Virus record (IMG/VR): IMGVR_UViG_3300020446_001812
Coordinates: 42,432-106,431 of that record
Strand: one strand, 5' to 3'
DNA from: a virus
DNA length: 64,000 nt
Shown here: positions 52,415-61,273 of the stretch, piece after piece
Layout: every line of letters starts with the position of its first letter
Position numbering within the stretch: position 1 is the first letter of the stretch
The notes under the pieces: generated by a model
The model's input: the letters and a program-made list of their open reading frames with translations, nothing else
Told to the model about the DNA's origin: nothing
The model's database searches: none
Program-made: the position numbers and the translations under genes

Positions 52415-55102
52415 TTATACTCCAAAATCAAATAGTGTATTAAAAGTTGTATTTTGTTTTGTATCTTCTAATGGATAATTCAAAACACCGATTAAGTTAT
52501 CAAGTTTATTATCGATAATTGTTTCAGCCATTGCTGAATCATCAAATGGAAGTTCTTTGAACCATTCAGGCAAACGTAATTCATCTGTTGGATATGCAAC
52601 ACTTGTATAACCTAATGGATTTTGTTTTAGTTTACAAACAATAACCTTCATACCATCTACAATTTCTTGCGAATACTTGTCTCCGTTCATACGTTTTAGT
52701 GTATTCCAGTTGATGCTTGCTCTTACATGTCCAGGCATGTTGGCTTTACCTTGTTTTTCTTCAAGTCTTTGATAATGCCCAATTTTGTTTGCACGTTTTG
52801 GAGATCCTTTTTCCCATCCTGGCCTAGCAGAAAATTCTTTTCTAAATTGCGTAATTCTTTCTAGTACTTCTTCCTGCGGTTTTTCTTGTAATACCATCAT
52901 TAGTATTTCACTTAAAAATTCTTGCATGAACACAGGAGTATCAGATCTACGCAAATCTAAGCCCATTGCTTTGACTTTGCCTGGCTTGCCATCTACATCA
53001 CTTCTAAAACCTTCTACATCATAAACTAATGCCGCATAACGTTTCTTTGTAATATACAATCCGCTTTCTGCAACAATTTCTCTACCTGCCGCGATAACAT
53101 CTGCTCTGCTTTTAGGACAATGAAATGCATCATACATAAAATCTTCAAATGTAGAATTTGCTTCTTCTGCAACTTGGTCATATAGGGTAATCACATTGTC
53201 TTTTGACCAAGGCAAGTTACCGTTATCTATTTCAGTTTTTAATGTAGGATAAGCCGAAAAATATACTGAGTCAGTATCTCCATAAATTACACTTTCACCT
53301 GTATGATCATACGTGCCTGTAATTACCTTGTTTACTTCTGCACTCATATGCTTTACAATAGTTCTACCAGAAAGTGTAGTAGATTGTCCAATACGTTTGT
53401 CAAAAAATCTACAACCAGGATTAAGAATAGCACCATACAAACTGTTCAAATTAATTTTCTTAACAAGTTGTCGCTTGTCCCAATATTCAATTTCAATTGC
53501 GTTGCCTGCATCTTTTGCTTTTTTAAGTTGTGCTTGTAAGTCTTTACGTTCTGAATACCAACGTTTTAGAATACCAGGGATGACACCTTCAAATTCAGTT
53601 GTAAATATAGTGCCATTTGAACTTAACATCCAAGGCATATTACTATCGAATATTAATTTATAAATTTCTGCACCACTTAATACATCACTTGCACTACCTG
53701 CTGGCTCTTTTCCTTTTTCCCAATCTACTGTAAGTGCAACATCTTTTCTTTGTTCCATTACAGCTTCATATTCTTCTGTACTAAAGCGTCCTTCCCAACT
53801 ACCTGCAAAACTCTTCTTTTTAAGAGTCATATCTTCATGCACACGGGCTTCGCTTGTCTCTGGACGTATTTGCCCAACAATAGTTTCAGGAGCCATATTA
53901 AGAGCTCTAATAACACTAGGATATAGACTGTTCAAGTCCATTGATCCAATCCACTTGTGCAATCCTTTTTTAGGAAATGCTACGTAAGCACCTGCCGCTT
54001 GTGTATTCTCATCGTCACGTCTTGGTCTATTAGGAACCTGTAGTCCTCTATGATGTGCTTCGTTAATAATTGCTTGTTCTGTAACTGCAACTGCACCCAT
54101 AGTGGTCTGTAGCAAAACAGTATTTGCATGTGCTAGTTCGTTACTAAGATCAATAAATCTTAGTTTTTTGTCCAGCTTGTCCAATAGTGCGGTATCTTGT
54201 ATGTTGTATTCGATGAATTTTCTAAAGTCATTGTTGTACAACTGGTCCAAAGTTCCTTCATAAGGCACTTTGTTTTCACCAACTTCAACCTCACCAATGG
54301 CATCAAGCCTATAGCTGTGTCTTTCTTCATATGTGTATTTACGATATAATTCTAAACTATCTAAATGCACTCTGCCTATTAGGTCAAAGGTTACAGCTGA
54401 TTTACCATACTTCTCATATTCCCGTTTCTTAGGAAGTTGTCCCCACAAACAAAAACGTCTTGTGTCGTCCTTGCTTAGTACACGACTGGTTCTATTAACT
54501 GTGTAAGGAATATCATAACCTTCGCTGTTCCAACCTGAAAGTATATCAGCATCTTCAATTAATGTTAAGAAAGTGTCAATCATATCACCTTCTTTTTCAA
54601 ACAGCATTACATTTTCAATTCCTTCTAATTCTTTCTTTGCTTGATCCATTGTAAGAGTCTTAGGGGGAACAGCTAAACATACCATTGTTTCAAGCCATTG
54701 TAAATATACAGATATACTTGTTATAGGCATAAATGGATCTGCAGGATCAGCAAAGCCACGCTCTGGATCAAAGTCAGTTTCGATATCAAAAAACGCAATG
54801 TTTAATTTAGGAGCATCTTGATTTAGATAGTTTTCACTTAGACACTGGAATATAGGATTGATGTCGCTTTCAAAAAGCTCTTTGCCTTTGTTTATTGCAA
54901 CTTCTTTTCGAAAGTCTTTTGTATTCTTGCATACAATACGTGATAACGGATCGCCAAATACACTTTTATATTTGCCGCGATCGTCTTTGTAATAGAATGT
55001 ATATTTTGATTGATATTCGTGGAAGTGTCTTTTACCATCTTTGCGTTCAACTACACGGATCATATCTTGATCACGATCAAAGAAAGCGTCTACGTAACTC
55101 AT
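52415..55102 (-). CDS. polB: Family B DNA polymerase (T4 gp43-like)
   Basis: ExoI 'FDIET', 'WN..GYD', 'YNIQD'; polymerase motifs 'DLNSLYPS', 'KINLNSLYG', 'YGDTDS', 'KKRYA'. Confidence 0.97.
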   Translation of the reverse strand: MSYVDAFFDRDQDMIRVVERKDGKRHFHEYQSKYTFYYKDDRGKYKSVFGDPLSRIVCKNTKDFRKEVAINKGKELFESDINPIFQCLSENYLNQDAPKLNIAFFDIETDFDPERGFADPADPFMPITSISVYLQWLETMVCLAVPPKTLTMDQAKKELEGIENVMLFEKEGDMIDTFLTLIEDADILSGWNSEGYDIPYTVNRTSRVLSKDDTRRFCLWGQLPKKREYEKYGKSAVTFDLIGRVHLDSLELYRKYTYEERHSYRLDAIGEVEVGENKVPYEGTLDQLYNNDFRKFIEYNIQDTALLDKLDKKLRFIDLSNELAHANTVLLQTTMGAVAVTEQAIINEAHHRGLQVPNRPRRDDENTQAAGAYVAFPKKGLHKWIGSMDLNSLYPSVIRALNMAPETIVGQIRPETSEARVHEDMTLKKKSFAGSWEGRFSTEEYEAVMEQRKDVALTVDWEKGKEPAGSASDVLSGAEIYKLIFDSNMPWMLSSNGTIFTTEFEGVIPGILKRWYSERKDLQAQLKKAKDAGNAIEIEYWDKRQLVKKINLNSLYGAILNPGCRFFDKRIGQSTTLSGRTIVKHMSAEVNKVITGTYDHTGESVIYGDTDSVYFSAYPTLKTEIDNGNLPWSKDNVITLYDQVAEEANSTFEDFMYDAFHCPKSRADVIAAGREIVAESGLYITKKRYAALVYDVEGFRSDVDGKPGKVKAMGLDLRRSDTPVFMQEFLSEILMMVLQEKPQEEVLERITQFRKEFSARPGWEKGSPKRANKIGHYQRLEEKQGKANMPGHVRASINWNTLKRMNGDKYSQEIVDGMKVIVCKLKQNPLGYTSVAYPTDELRLPEWFKELPFDDSAMAETIIDNKLDNLIGVLNYPLEDTKQNTTFNTLFDFGV

Positions 55103-55158
55103 TTTATCTCCTCGTTGCTTGTGGCCAACTTAACCATCTACATGCCATAGGGCGTTAT

Positions 55159-55920
55159 TCATTCATATAAATTATCTTTAATAATTTTCATCATTTTACT
55201 TTTAAGTTTATGCCTTGTAAATGCCTCATATGATTCTGCTAATTTATGTGGAACAAACCACTTTGCCTTATAATGTTTGAAACTTAAACAACGTTCCATC
55301 ATTGCTCTTGTTTCTGTATTGTTACTATCAAATTTAACTAATTTTATTTTCTTATTTGTATTTACTCTATAGTATATTAACACATCGCCTCGTTTGATGT
55401 CAATAGTTTTATCTCCAAAAAATTTAATTGCAATATTCCATTGTCTTACCCAACTACTTACATCAAAAGATCCTGACAACACTCTGCAATTTTTTGTGAA
55501 TTCATTTTCTTCGTAATATGCAGGTAAACTTGTTATAGTAAGTCCTGGTTCTTCTGAAAAGAAAAGGTATGCAGGATATCTTAATTGATGTATAGCTTCT
55601 GCATTAGGTGGACCACCATATGCTTTATTGAACTCATCACCATAATCATACTTGAATGTAGCACTATCATTCTCATAATCATAAGAACAATAAAAGTCTA
55701 TTGGTGCTTTTATTGCGAAAGTCCTAATCATTTCATCAGTCATTGCAGGACATACACTTGCACTTGGCCCTAAAAATTTTTTTACATCTAATGTTCTGTT
55801 AACTGGTATCGGTTCAAAATATTTTAATTCTGATAGATCATCCGATAAATCAAAAATATTTCTTGTACCTTTTATTAGCGGTGACCAGTAAAGTGTAACA
55901 GTGTCATCCTTTACCACCAT
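55159..55920 (-). CDS. Hypothetical protein
   Basis: 253-aa operonic ORF; 'CPAMTD...KAPID'. Confidence 0.7.
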   Translation of the reverse strand: MVVKDDTVTLYWSPLIKGTRNIFDLSDDLSELKYFEPIPVNRTLDVKKFLGPSASVCPAMTDEMIRTFAIKAPIDFYCSYDYENDSATFKYDYGDEFNKAYGGPPNAEAIHQLRYPAYLFFSEEPGLTITSLPAYYEENEFTKNCRVLSGSFDVSSWVRQWNIAIKFFGDKTIDIKRGDVLIYYRVNTNKKIKLVKFDSNNTETRAMMERCLSFKHYKAKWFVPHKLAESYEAFTRHKLKSKMMKIIKDNLYE

Positions 55921-56192
55921 GATGCGGCAACTCCATATCCAAATATATTAACACATACAAACCAACCTGTTAATAACATTACCCATGCCGCTCCTCTACG
56001 CATTGAAGCATAACATTGTGTAACACTTCCTACAAAAAAAGCAGGATATACTATTAGCATGTTAGGATCTTTAGCAGTTAGTGCCAAAGTCATACTAGCA
56101 CCTACAGTGAAGATAAAACTAACAAGCTCAAATGCAAATGCAATTTTGTCAGATTTATAACTTTGTATCCAAAATTGTTTTATTTTTTGCAA
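55911..56192 (-). CDS. Small membrane protein
   Basis: Three hydrophobic segments. Confidence 0.7.
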   Translation of the reverse strand: MQKIKQFWIQSYKSDKIAFAFELVSFIFTVGASMTLALTAKDPNMLIVYPAFFVGSVTQCYASMRRGAAWVMLLTGWFVCVNIFGYGVAASWW

Positions 56193-56195
56193 AAT

Positions 56196-56456
56196 TTATT
56201 TGTCCTTACCAACAGTAACAACTAAGGTTTCTAGATCTTCGAATTCATCATTAACTCTGTCCCAGTCACCTTTTTGTGCAATTTTTATAGCTTTGTTTAT
56301 TAATCCTGGTTTTATATCTAGTTCTTCTGCTACTGCTTTTACAGTTTCTTTCAAGCCTTGTTGCAGGTCTTCTACTTCTTGCAATACTGTTACACCCTCA
56401 TTGACAAGACGCTCCAATTTTGCTTTTTCTTCGGCTCCGTAAGTACGATCGCTCAT
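56196..56456 (-). CDS. Small dsDNA-binding protein (T4 DsbA/GapR-like)
   Basis: 86-aa helical pattern 'EVEDLQQGLKETVKAVAEELDIKP..INKAIK'; AAGGAG SD. Confidence 0.55.
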   Translation of the reverse strand: MSDRTYGAEEKAKLERLVNEGVTVLQEVEDLQQGLKETVKAVAEELDIKPGLINKAIKIAQKGDWDRVNDEFEDLETLVVTVGKDK

Positions 56457-56480
56457 AGTGTCTCCTTATTAGTTTGTAAT

Positions 56481-56509
56481 ACTATATACTATAAATTAGG
56501 ATTTGTCAA
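56481..56509 (-). promoter_or_regulatory. sigma70 promoter
   Basis: TTGACA, 17 bp spacer, TATAGT. Confidence 0.8.
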
Positions 56510-56705
56510 GTGTTTTTTGGCGTTCTTCCCATGCTTTTTCGAAAGCTTCGCAGTATTCATATAAAGGAGCACCATTACTGCCAGCTATCCATAACCGACG
56601 AAAATATCCATCTGCACTTGCTATCACTGTTTCTGGGGAAGAATTAAGATGGCCCTTTACCATATAAAATAATCTGTACTGTTCTTTTAGATCATTTCTT
56701 AACAT
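56496..56705 (-). CDS. Small hypothetical protein
   Basis: 69-aa ORF preceded by TAAATA 4 nt upstream of the ATG. Confidence 0.6.
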   Translation of the reverse strand: MLRNDLKEQYRLFYMVKGHLNSSPETVIASADGYFRRLWIAGSNGAPLYEYCEAFEKAWEERQKTLDKS

Positions 56706-56747
56706 GTTGTATTTAATCTAAAGGTTTTGTTGATACGCTAACAAAGA

Positions 56748-57536
56748 CTATTTTGTAGCGTTTAGGATTTTGTAAAGTTCTTGTTTTATTGATTCTGTTT
56801 TTTTATTAGGTAAATTTTTATGTTTTGTACTTGCAAAGTCTTTTGCATCTTTTTTTGATATATCTCCTGCTACTTTGCCTGCTTCACCACCTTTTGGCAT
56901 ATCGCCTTTTTGCATTGCTCTTACTATACCAAAAAATTGTTGTTGTTTTTTGCTAACTGCTTTTTCATCTATTTCTTTATCTGTTTTGTTAACTATCCTT
57001 TTCATAGCATTCAACCTTGATAACAATCTAGGGTTTTTCATGATAGTAACAAACAAACCTACATAAGGTTGTAGTGCTTCTCTTTGTGCCATTGGAAGCG
57101 TATCACCTTGTACAGCATTAATTAATCCTGCTGTTACTAAAGATGCTGGATCATCTCCTAAATCAAGAATATTGACGCCTCTTCTAAGATCATTTGTATC
57201 CTTCTCACCTACAAGTTTATCCCTAGCAGGATGAGGAGATTCATTTCCACCTGGTGTGCTAGATTTAGTAAATGCATCTTTGCCTTTAAGTTGACCTTCA
57301 GGACCAGTTTTTTGTGCTTCTGTAACTCCTGCTAATTTTGCAAAATCAGTTATGCTATAATCTTTGTCCATAGATAAACTACCTTCTTTTACAGAAGCAG
57401 TTTCGGCTATATAATCTTTGTTTGCAACTTCTTCTGGTGCTCTGTTCACCATATTCATAAGTGCTTTTTTATCATCTTCTGGATTTGATGGAAATAAGTC
57501 CTTCATCATAGAACTCATTTTATAGAAATCTGTCAA
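56748..57536 (-). CDS. Probable capsid-internal protein with DUF3008-like basic module
   Basis: 'EKAVSKKQQQFFG...KDFASTKHK.LP'; modules bounded by xxE motifs. Confidence 0.55.
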   Translation of the reverse strand: MTDFYKMSSMMKDLFPSNPEDDKKALMNMVNRAPEEVANKDYIAETASVKEGSLSMDKDYSITDFAKLAGVTEAQKTGPEGQLKGKDAFTKSSTPGGNESPHPARDKLVGEKDTNDLRRGVNILDLGDDPASLVTAGLINAVQGDTLPMAQREALQPYVGLFVTIMKNPRLLSRLNAMKRIVNKTDKEIDEKAVSKKQQQFFGIVRAMQKGDMPKGGEAGKVAGDISKKDAKDFASTKHKNLPNKKTESIKQELYKILNATK

Positions 57537-57913
57537 ATGCCCGGTCCTTTATTCAATGCAATTCGCATAGCTCTTTTAGCATCAATTGGTTTTATTTTAG
57601 GATATTTTTGCATCAACATTTTTAGTGTTTTTTTATCTCCGTATCTATAAATATTTTTTTTGATAAACGGAATATATTCATCTTCCATTTCATCGCCTGA
57701 AAAATTACCTAAATATTTTTGTACGAAGTCTGTAAATCCTTCATTAGCAGATGTTTGTTGAAAAAATTGTAAAAATTCTTTGTGTCTTTTATGGAGTTCA
57801 GCGATATCAGGATTTTTTAGGTATACCTTAAGCCAACCTTTGTATTCAGGATCGTCTGCTAGTGTCTTTTCTTTCTTTTTGAAAAAGTCGAATATACCTT
57901 CAGATACACGCAT
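57533..57913 (-). CDS. Hypothetical (probable internal) protein
   Basis: 'MRVSEGIFDFF' and an internal 'NEGFTDF' repeat. Confidence 0.6.
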   Translation of the reverse strand: MRVSEGIFDFFKKKEKTLADDPEYKGWLKVYLKNPDIAELHKRHKEFLQFFQQTSANEGFTDFVQKYLGNFSGDEMEDEYIPFIKKNIYRYGDKKTLKMLMQKYPKIKPIDAKRAMRIALNKGPGI

Positions 57914-58569
57914 TAGCCTACCTTTACACAGTTGTCTACAGTTCTACCACCTTTTTTCTTGGTGCCTTGTAAACGATAGCCTTTCCAGCAAGCCTTTCCG
58001 TCTAAGCCTTTTTCTTTACCTTCAGCTTCTCCTATGTTAAATGTGCGCCAACTTGGCTTTCCACAATCTGGACATAATGCATCTGCTGATTCGTTTTTCT
58101 TTGCTGTCTTTGCCGCGTCTTTCCAATCTTGATCAGTAGGTGCTCCTTCTTCACCTTTCTTACGAGGTTTTTTTCCGGATTTCTTGTTTTTGTTTACATA
58201 GTAGTACAAGCCCTTAGGCTCTTCTTTTAATTTACTCTCAACTTTTTCGGAAAGGGAATTTAAGTATGATTGTTCATCAACTTGTACTTTTCTTTTCATT
58301 ATGTTTTTTGTAGATCTTGATTCAGCAAATTTCATGTCGTAATCCATTGCATGATATACTGAACCCATGTAGTCTGCAGCTTTTGTAATTTTAGATTGTT
58401 GCCAACCTTGAATGCCTTCAGCTTCGGAGACTGTTTTTAGCATATCATGTAACTTAATAGCATATTTTGCTATTTTGTACAAGTCTGCACGAGCCATTTG
58501 AACTTCGTGATCTCGTTCAGCTGCATGAGCTAGATCTCCTAAGCCGCCTTCTTTTAGTTTTTTAGTCAT
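57913..58569 (-). CDS. Probable internal head protein
   Basis: 'DHEVQMARADLY', 'GLYYYVNK..GAPT', 'CPDCG', 'CWKGY..GTKKK..NCVK' modules; ATAAATA at 58596-58602. Confidence 0.65.
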   Translation of the reverse strand: MTKKLKEGGLGDLAHAAERDHEVQMARADLYKIAKYAIKLHDMLKTVSEAEGIQGWQQSKITKAADYMGSVYHAMDYDMKFAESRSTKNIMKRKVQVDEQSYLNSLSEKVESKLKEEPKGLYYYVNKNKKSGKKPRKKGEEGAPTDQDWKDAAKTAKKNESADALCPDCGKPSWRTFNIGEAEGKEKGLDGKACWKGYRLQGTKKKGGRTVDNCVKVG

Positions 58570-58598
58570 CTTTATCTCCGAATACTTTGTAGTAGTAT

Positions 58599-59360
58599 TT
58601 ATGCTTTCTTTGTCTTCTTTGATTTCTTTTTACCGCCCAGCAAATTACCAAAATCCGCTCCGTTTTTCATTGTACCATCTGCATTATACATATTACGACT
58701 TTGCATAGTGCCTACGTTACCGCTCACTGTTGCTATTGAAGATGCATTTGTATTTTCTGGAATACTATTGAATTTTAAATTATTTGGAATAATTGGTTTA
58801 GTATATGTTTGTTTTTTGTTTTTTTGTTTTTTCGGTGTAGCTCCAGATGGCATGTTGGAAGCTCTTCGTTTCTCTCGTTCAACGTCATTAGGATTCATAG
58901 GACTTTCTTCATTACGAGCTAATTGTTGTGCTTGTTGTGCAGTAGGCTTTATATTTGTTCCTTTGTAATTTCCTTTATCGTCAAGTGATGCTTTTTCTCT
59001 GTCGGTTCTTCCATACTGTAAAGCTAGTGCTTTACTATCCGCAGCCATTTTTTGTAGTTCTGGCATTTGCGACATAATACTATCGTATGCTTTTTGCATA
59101 GTAGGTAAATCATTCGGACTATATTGATTAGTATCTATTCCTTTTTTGATTGCACCAGCCATTTTTTGCATAAATTCTAAAAGTTTGCTCCCCATGTCAG
59201 CTCTTGCCGCTGTGTAAGCCATATTTTTCATCATAGGCATCAATTTGTTAAGATCCGCATTTCCTGAATCTTTCATAGCTTTTATTTGTGCCGCATCTTG
59301 TTTTAATCTTTGTATATCTTTGTCGCTTATATTTTCTTTAAATAATTCACGTAATTTCAT
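58599..59360 (-). CDS. Probable internal head protein
   Basis: Start 'MKLRELFKE' with GAGGAA SD; basic C-terminus. Confidence 0.65.
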   Translation of the reverse strand: MKLRELFKENISDKDIQRLKQDAAQIKAMKDSGNADLNKLMPMMKNMAYTAARADMGSKLLEFMQKMAGAIKKGIDTNQYSPNDLPTMQKAYDSIMSQMPELQKMAADSKALALQYGRTDREKASLDDKGNYKGTNIKPTAQQAQQLARNEESPMNPNDVEREKRRASNMPSGATPKKQKNKKQTYTKPIIPNNLKFNSIPENTNASSIATVSGNVGTMQSRNMYNADGTMKNGADFGNLLGGKKKSKKTKKA

Positions 59361-61054
59361 GACTTCTTCCTTTTCTTTTTGCGACCACCTTTCATGTTTG
59401 CACACCAATGATACATTTTGGCACGTTCGCCGCTTGCTTTTTTTGCCTTTTTGCGTAGGCTTGTCACGCTTCCTTTACAACTAGCACCTGAACGTTTTAC
59501 ACGCCCTGGTCTGCTTTTGCCTTTTTTCTTGCCGTCTGCAAAGTTTTCTTTATATACGTTACCCCTATTCTTTACGGTAGCAATTATTTTTCCACCTTTT
59601 TTTAATACATAGCTTGGGACAGGAGTATTACGTTTTGCATAAACTTTTGCTACAGCATCGTTAAAACTATTCCATTTATCTTTAATAGTTTCACCTTCAA
59701 AATCTGTTATATCGTATTGCTTTCCGTTATCCATTACAATGATTAATCTTTGATTGTCATTGTTTGACATTTGTTCGTTATTACGTTGTGTAATAGGTGG
59801 AACTTTGGATCTTGATTTATCTTTAGGATCAGTTTCTCTTGCGCCTCTTTCTTTTGCCGCTTTTGTCAAAGTGCCTTTAACAAGATTTCCTGTTTTAGTA
59901 AAATATGTTCCTGCCGGAGCTTCTTTAGTTTCATCAACAGGGGCATTCATTTGTTGTTGGATAGCTTTTGCAGTTCTTTCAAATTTATGATCTTTATATT
60001 TGAATCCTATACCTCCTGCAGATTCCCATTGGTTAATATTTTTACCAAAGTCGTCTATGAGAATATTTGGAGTACCATCTTCTTTTGTTGCGAATTGAGC
60101 TTTATTATGTGTTATGTAAACATTTTTTGGAGGAAAGAATGCTAAATTTTTTTCTATCCATTCACGCTTGTGTGGCTCTGATCTAGGATCATCTGCAAGC
60201 GGAGAACTGCAAATATTGTATTCACCTTTTATTTGTTTAATTAAACTGAGTAGTTGTTTTGCTTGTGGAAGTAAAGGTAGTTTAAGCCAAAACTCATCAG
60301 TGTCTCTAATTTTTTGTAAAGCATCTTTAATGTCATGTTCTTTATCAATTTTTGTAAAATGATCTACTTGCATTATTTTAGCCCATTCTCCAAAAAAGTC
60401 AGCTAAAACGCCATCCATGTCTACATAAATTTCTGTTGCCTCTGCTATCTCGCCTAAATTTTCTTTCATTTGCTCAAAGTATAACACAGAATCAGGATCA
60501 TTGTCAACCGATTCTGAAAACAGGTGTGGCTTTCTATTTGCCCATTTACGCATTAGAATGCCAGCTACACTATTAGCTTCATTTTCGTCTCTACTACCAT
60601 CTGCGCCATCTAAATCGTCTTTGCTTTCTCTTTGTACAAAATGCACTAATTCATGTGCAAGAGTACGCATAACATCCATTTGATGTCTGTTGGCATAGCT
60701 CACTGTAATAGTTTTATCATCTATATCAAAATACCCAAATGTTTCAGGAAGCTCTTTTGCTGTTAATTTTATTTTAGGTCTATTGTTAGGCTGAAGTTGG
60801 TTACAACAAAAATTTACAAATTGCTTGTAATTATTAATTTTTTCTTTATCTAAAGATTCTGTAATGCCTAAGTTAAATAGGACATTTGTCTTTGGTCCTT
60901 TTATTTTTTTTGGCATGTTTGCAGGACGTCCATCTTTGTCAACAATATTACCAAACTTTTTTGCTTGAATAGAAATTTCGTTAGGTCCTACATCAACAGT
61001 TTGATTCTGTTTTGTAATACGTCCTACTCCTTCCCTTATATCGTTATACTTCAT
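59357..61054 (-). CDS. Multidomain protein: zincin-like HExxH domain + HAD 5'(3')-nucleotidase + basic modules
   Basis: 'RTLAHELVH...ENEAN'; 'YVDMDGVLADF', 'ICSSP', 'ILIDDF..N..W..AGG.G'; C-terminal 'ENFADGK...HWCANMK.G'. Confidence 0.75.
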   Translation of the reverse strand: MKYNDIREGVGRITKQNQTVDVGPNEISIQAKKFGNIVDKDGRPANMPKKIKGPKTNVLFNLGITESLDKEKINNYKQFVNFCCNQLQPNNRPKIKLTAKELPETFGYFDIDDKTITVSYANRHQMDVMRTLAHELVHFVQRESKDDLDGADGSRDENEANSVAGILMRKWANRKPHLFSESVDNDPDSVLYFEQMKENLGEIAEATEIYVDMDGVLADFFGEWAKIMQVDHFTKIDKEHDIKDALQKIRDTDEFWLKLPLLPQAKQLLSLIKQIKGEYNICSSPLADDPRSEPHKREWIEKNLAFFPPKNVYITHNKAQFATKEDGTPNILIDDFGKNINQWESAGGIGFKYKDHKFERTAKAIQQQMNAPVDETKEAPAGTYFTKTGNLVKGTLTKAAKERGARETDPKDKSRSKVPPITQRNNEQMSNNDNQRLIIVMDNGKQYDITDFEGETIKDKWNSFNDAVAKVYAKRNTPVPSYVLKKGGKIIATVKNRGNVYKENFADGKKKGKSRPGRVKRSGASCKGSVTSLRKKAKKASGERAKMYHWCANMKGGRKKKRKKS

Positions 61055-61272
61055 TTTTTACGTCCTCTGAATTGCACAGGACCTGTCATATAAGGTTTGG
61101 AAAACCAAAGTTTGAACCAGTCTGGATCACCAGGCTTTAAGCCTAATTTATCTTGTCTGGCTTTTAGTTTGGCTGCGGTTAGCGAAGGATTTTCGTCTAT
61201 TTGATACTCAGTGTAACCTTTGTATTCATTTACACCTGCAAGTCTTTTTAATTCTTCAATACTAGAATACAT
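61051..61272 (-). CDS. Small hypothetical protein
   Basis: 'ELKRLAGV', 'KPGDPDWFKLWFSKP'. Confidence 0.7.
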   Translation of the reverse strand: MYSSIEELKRLAGVNEYKGYTEYQIDENPSLTAAKLKARQDKLGLKPGDPDWFKLWFSKPYMTGPVQFRGRKK

Positions 61273-61273
61273 A

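Noticed and set aside
52415-55102. Intein or intron in the DNA polymerase
   Set aside because: Continuous 895-aa ORF of normal size with all motifs at usual spacing.
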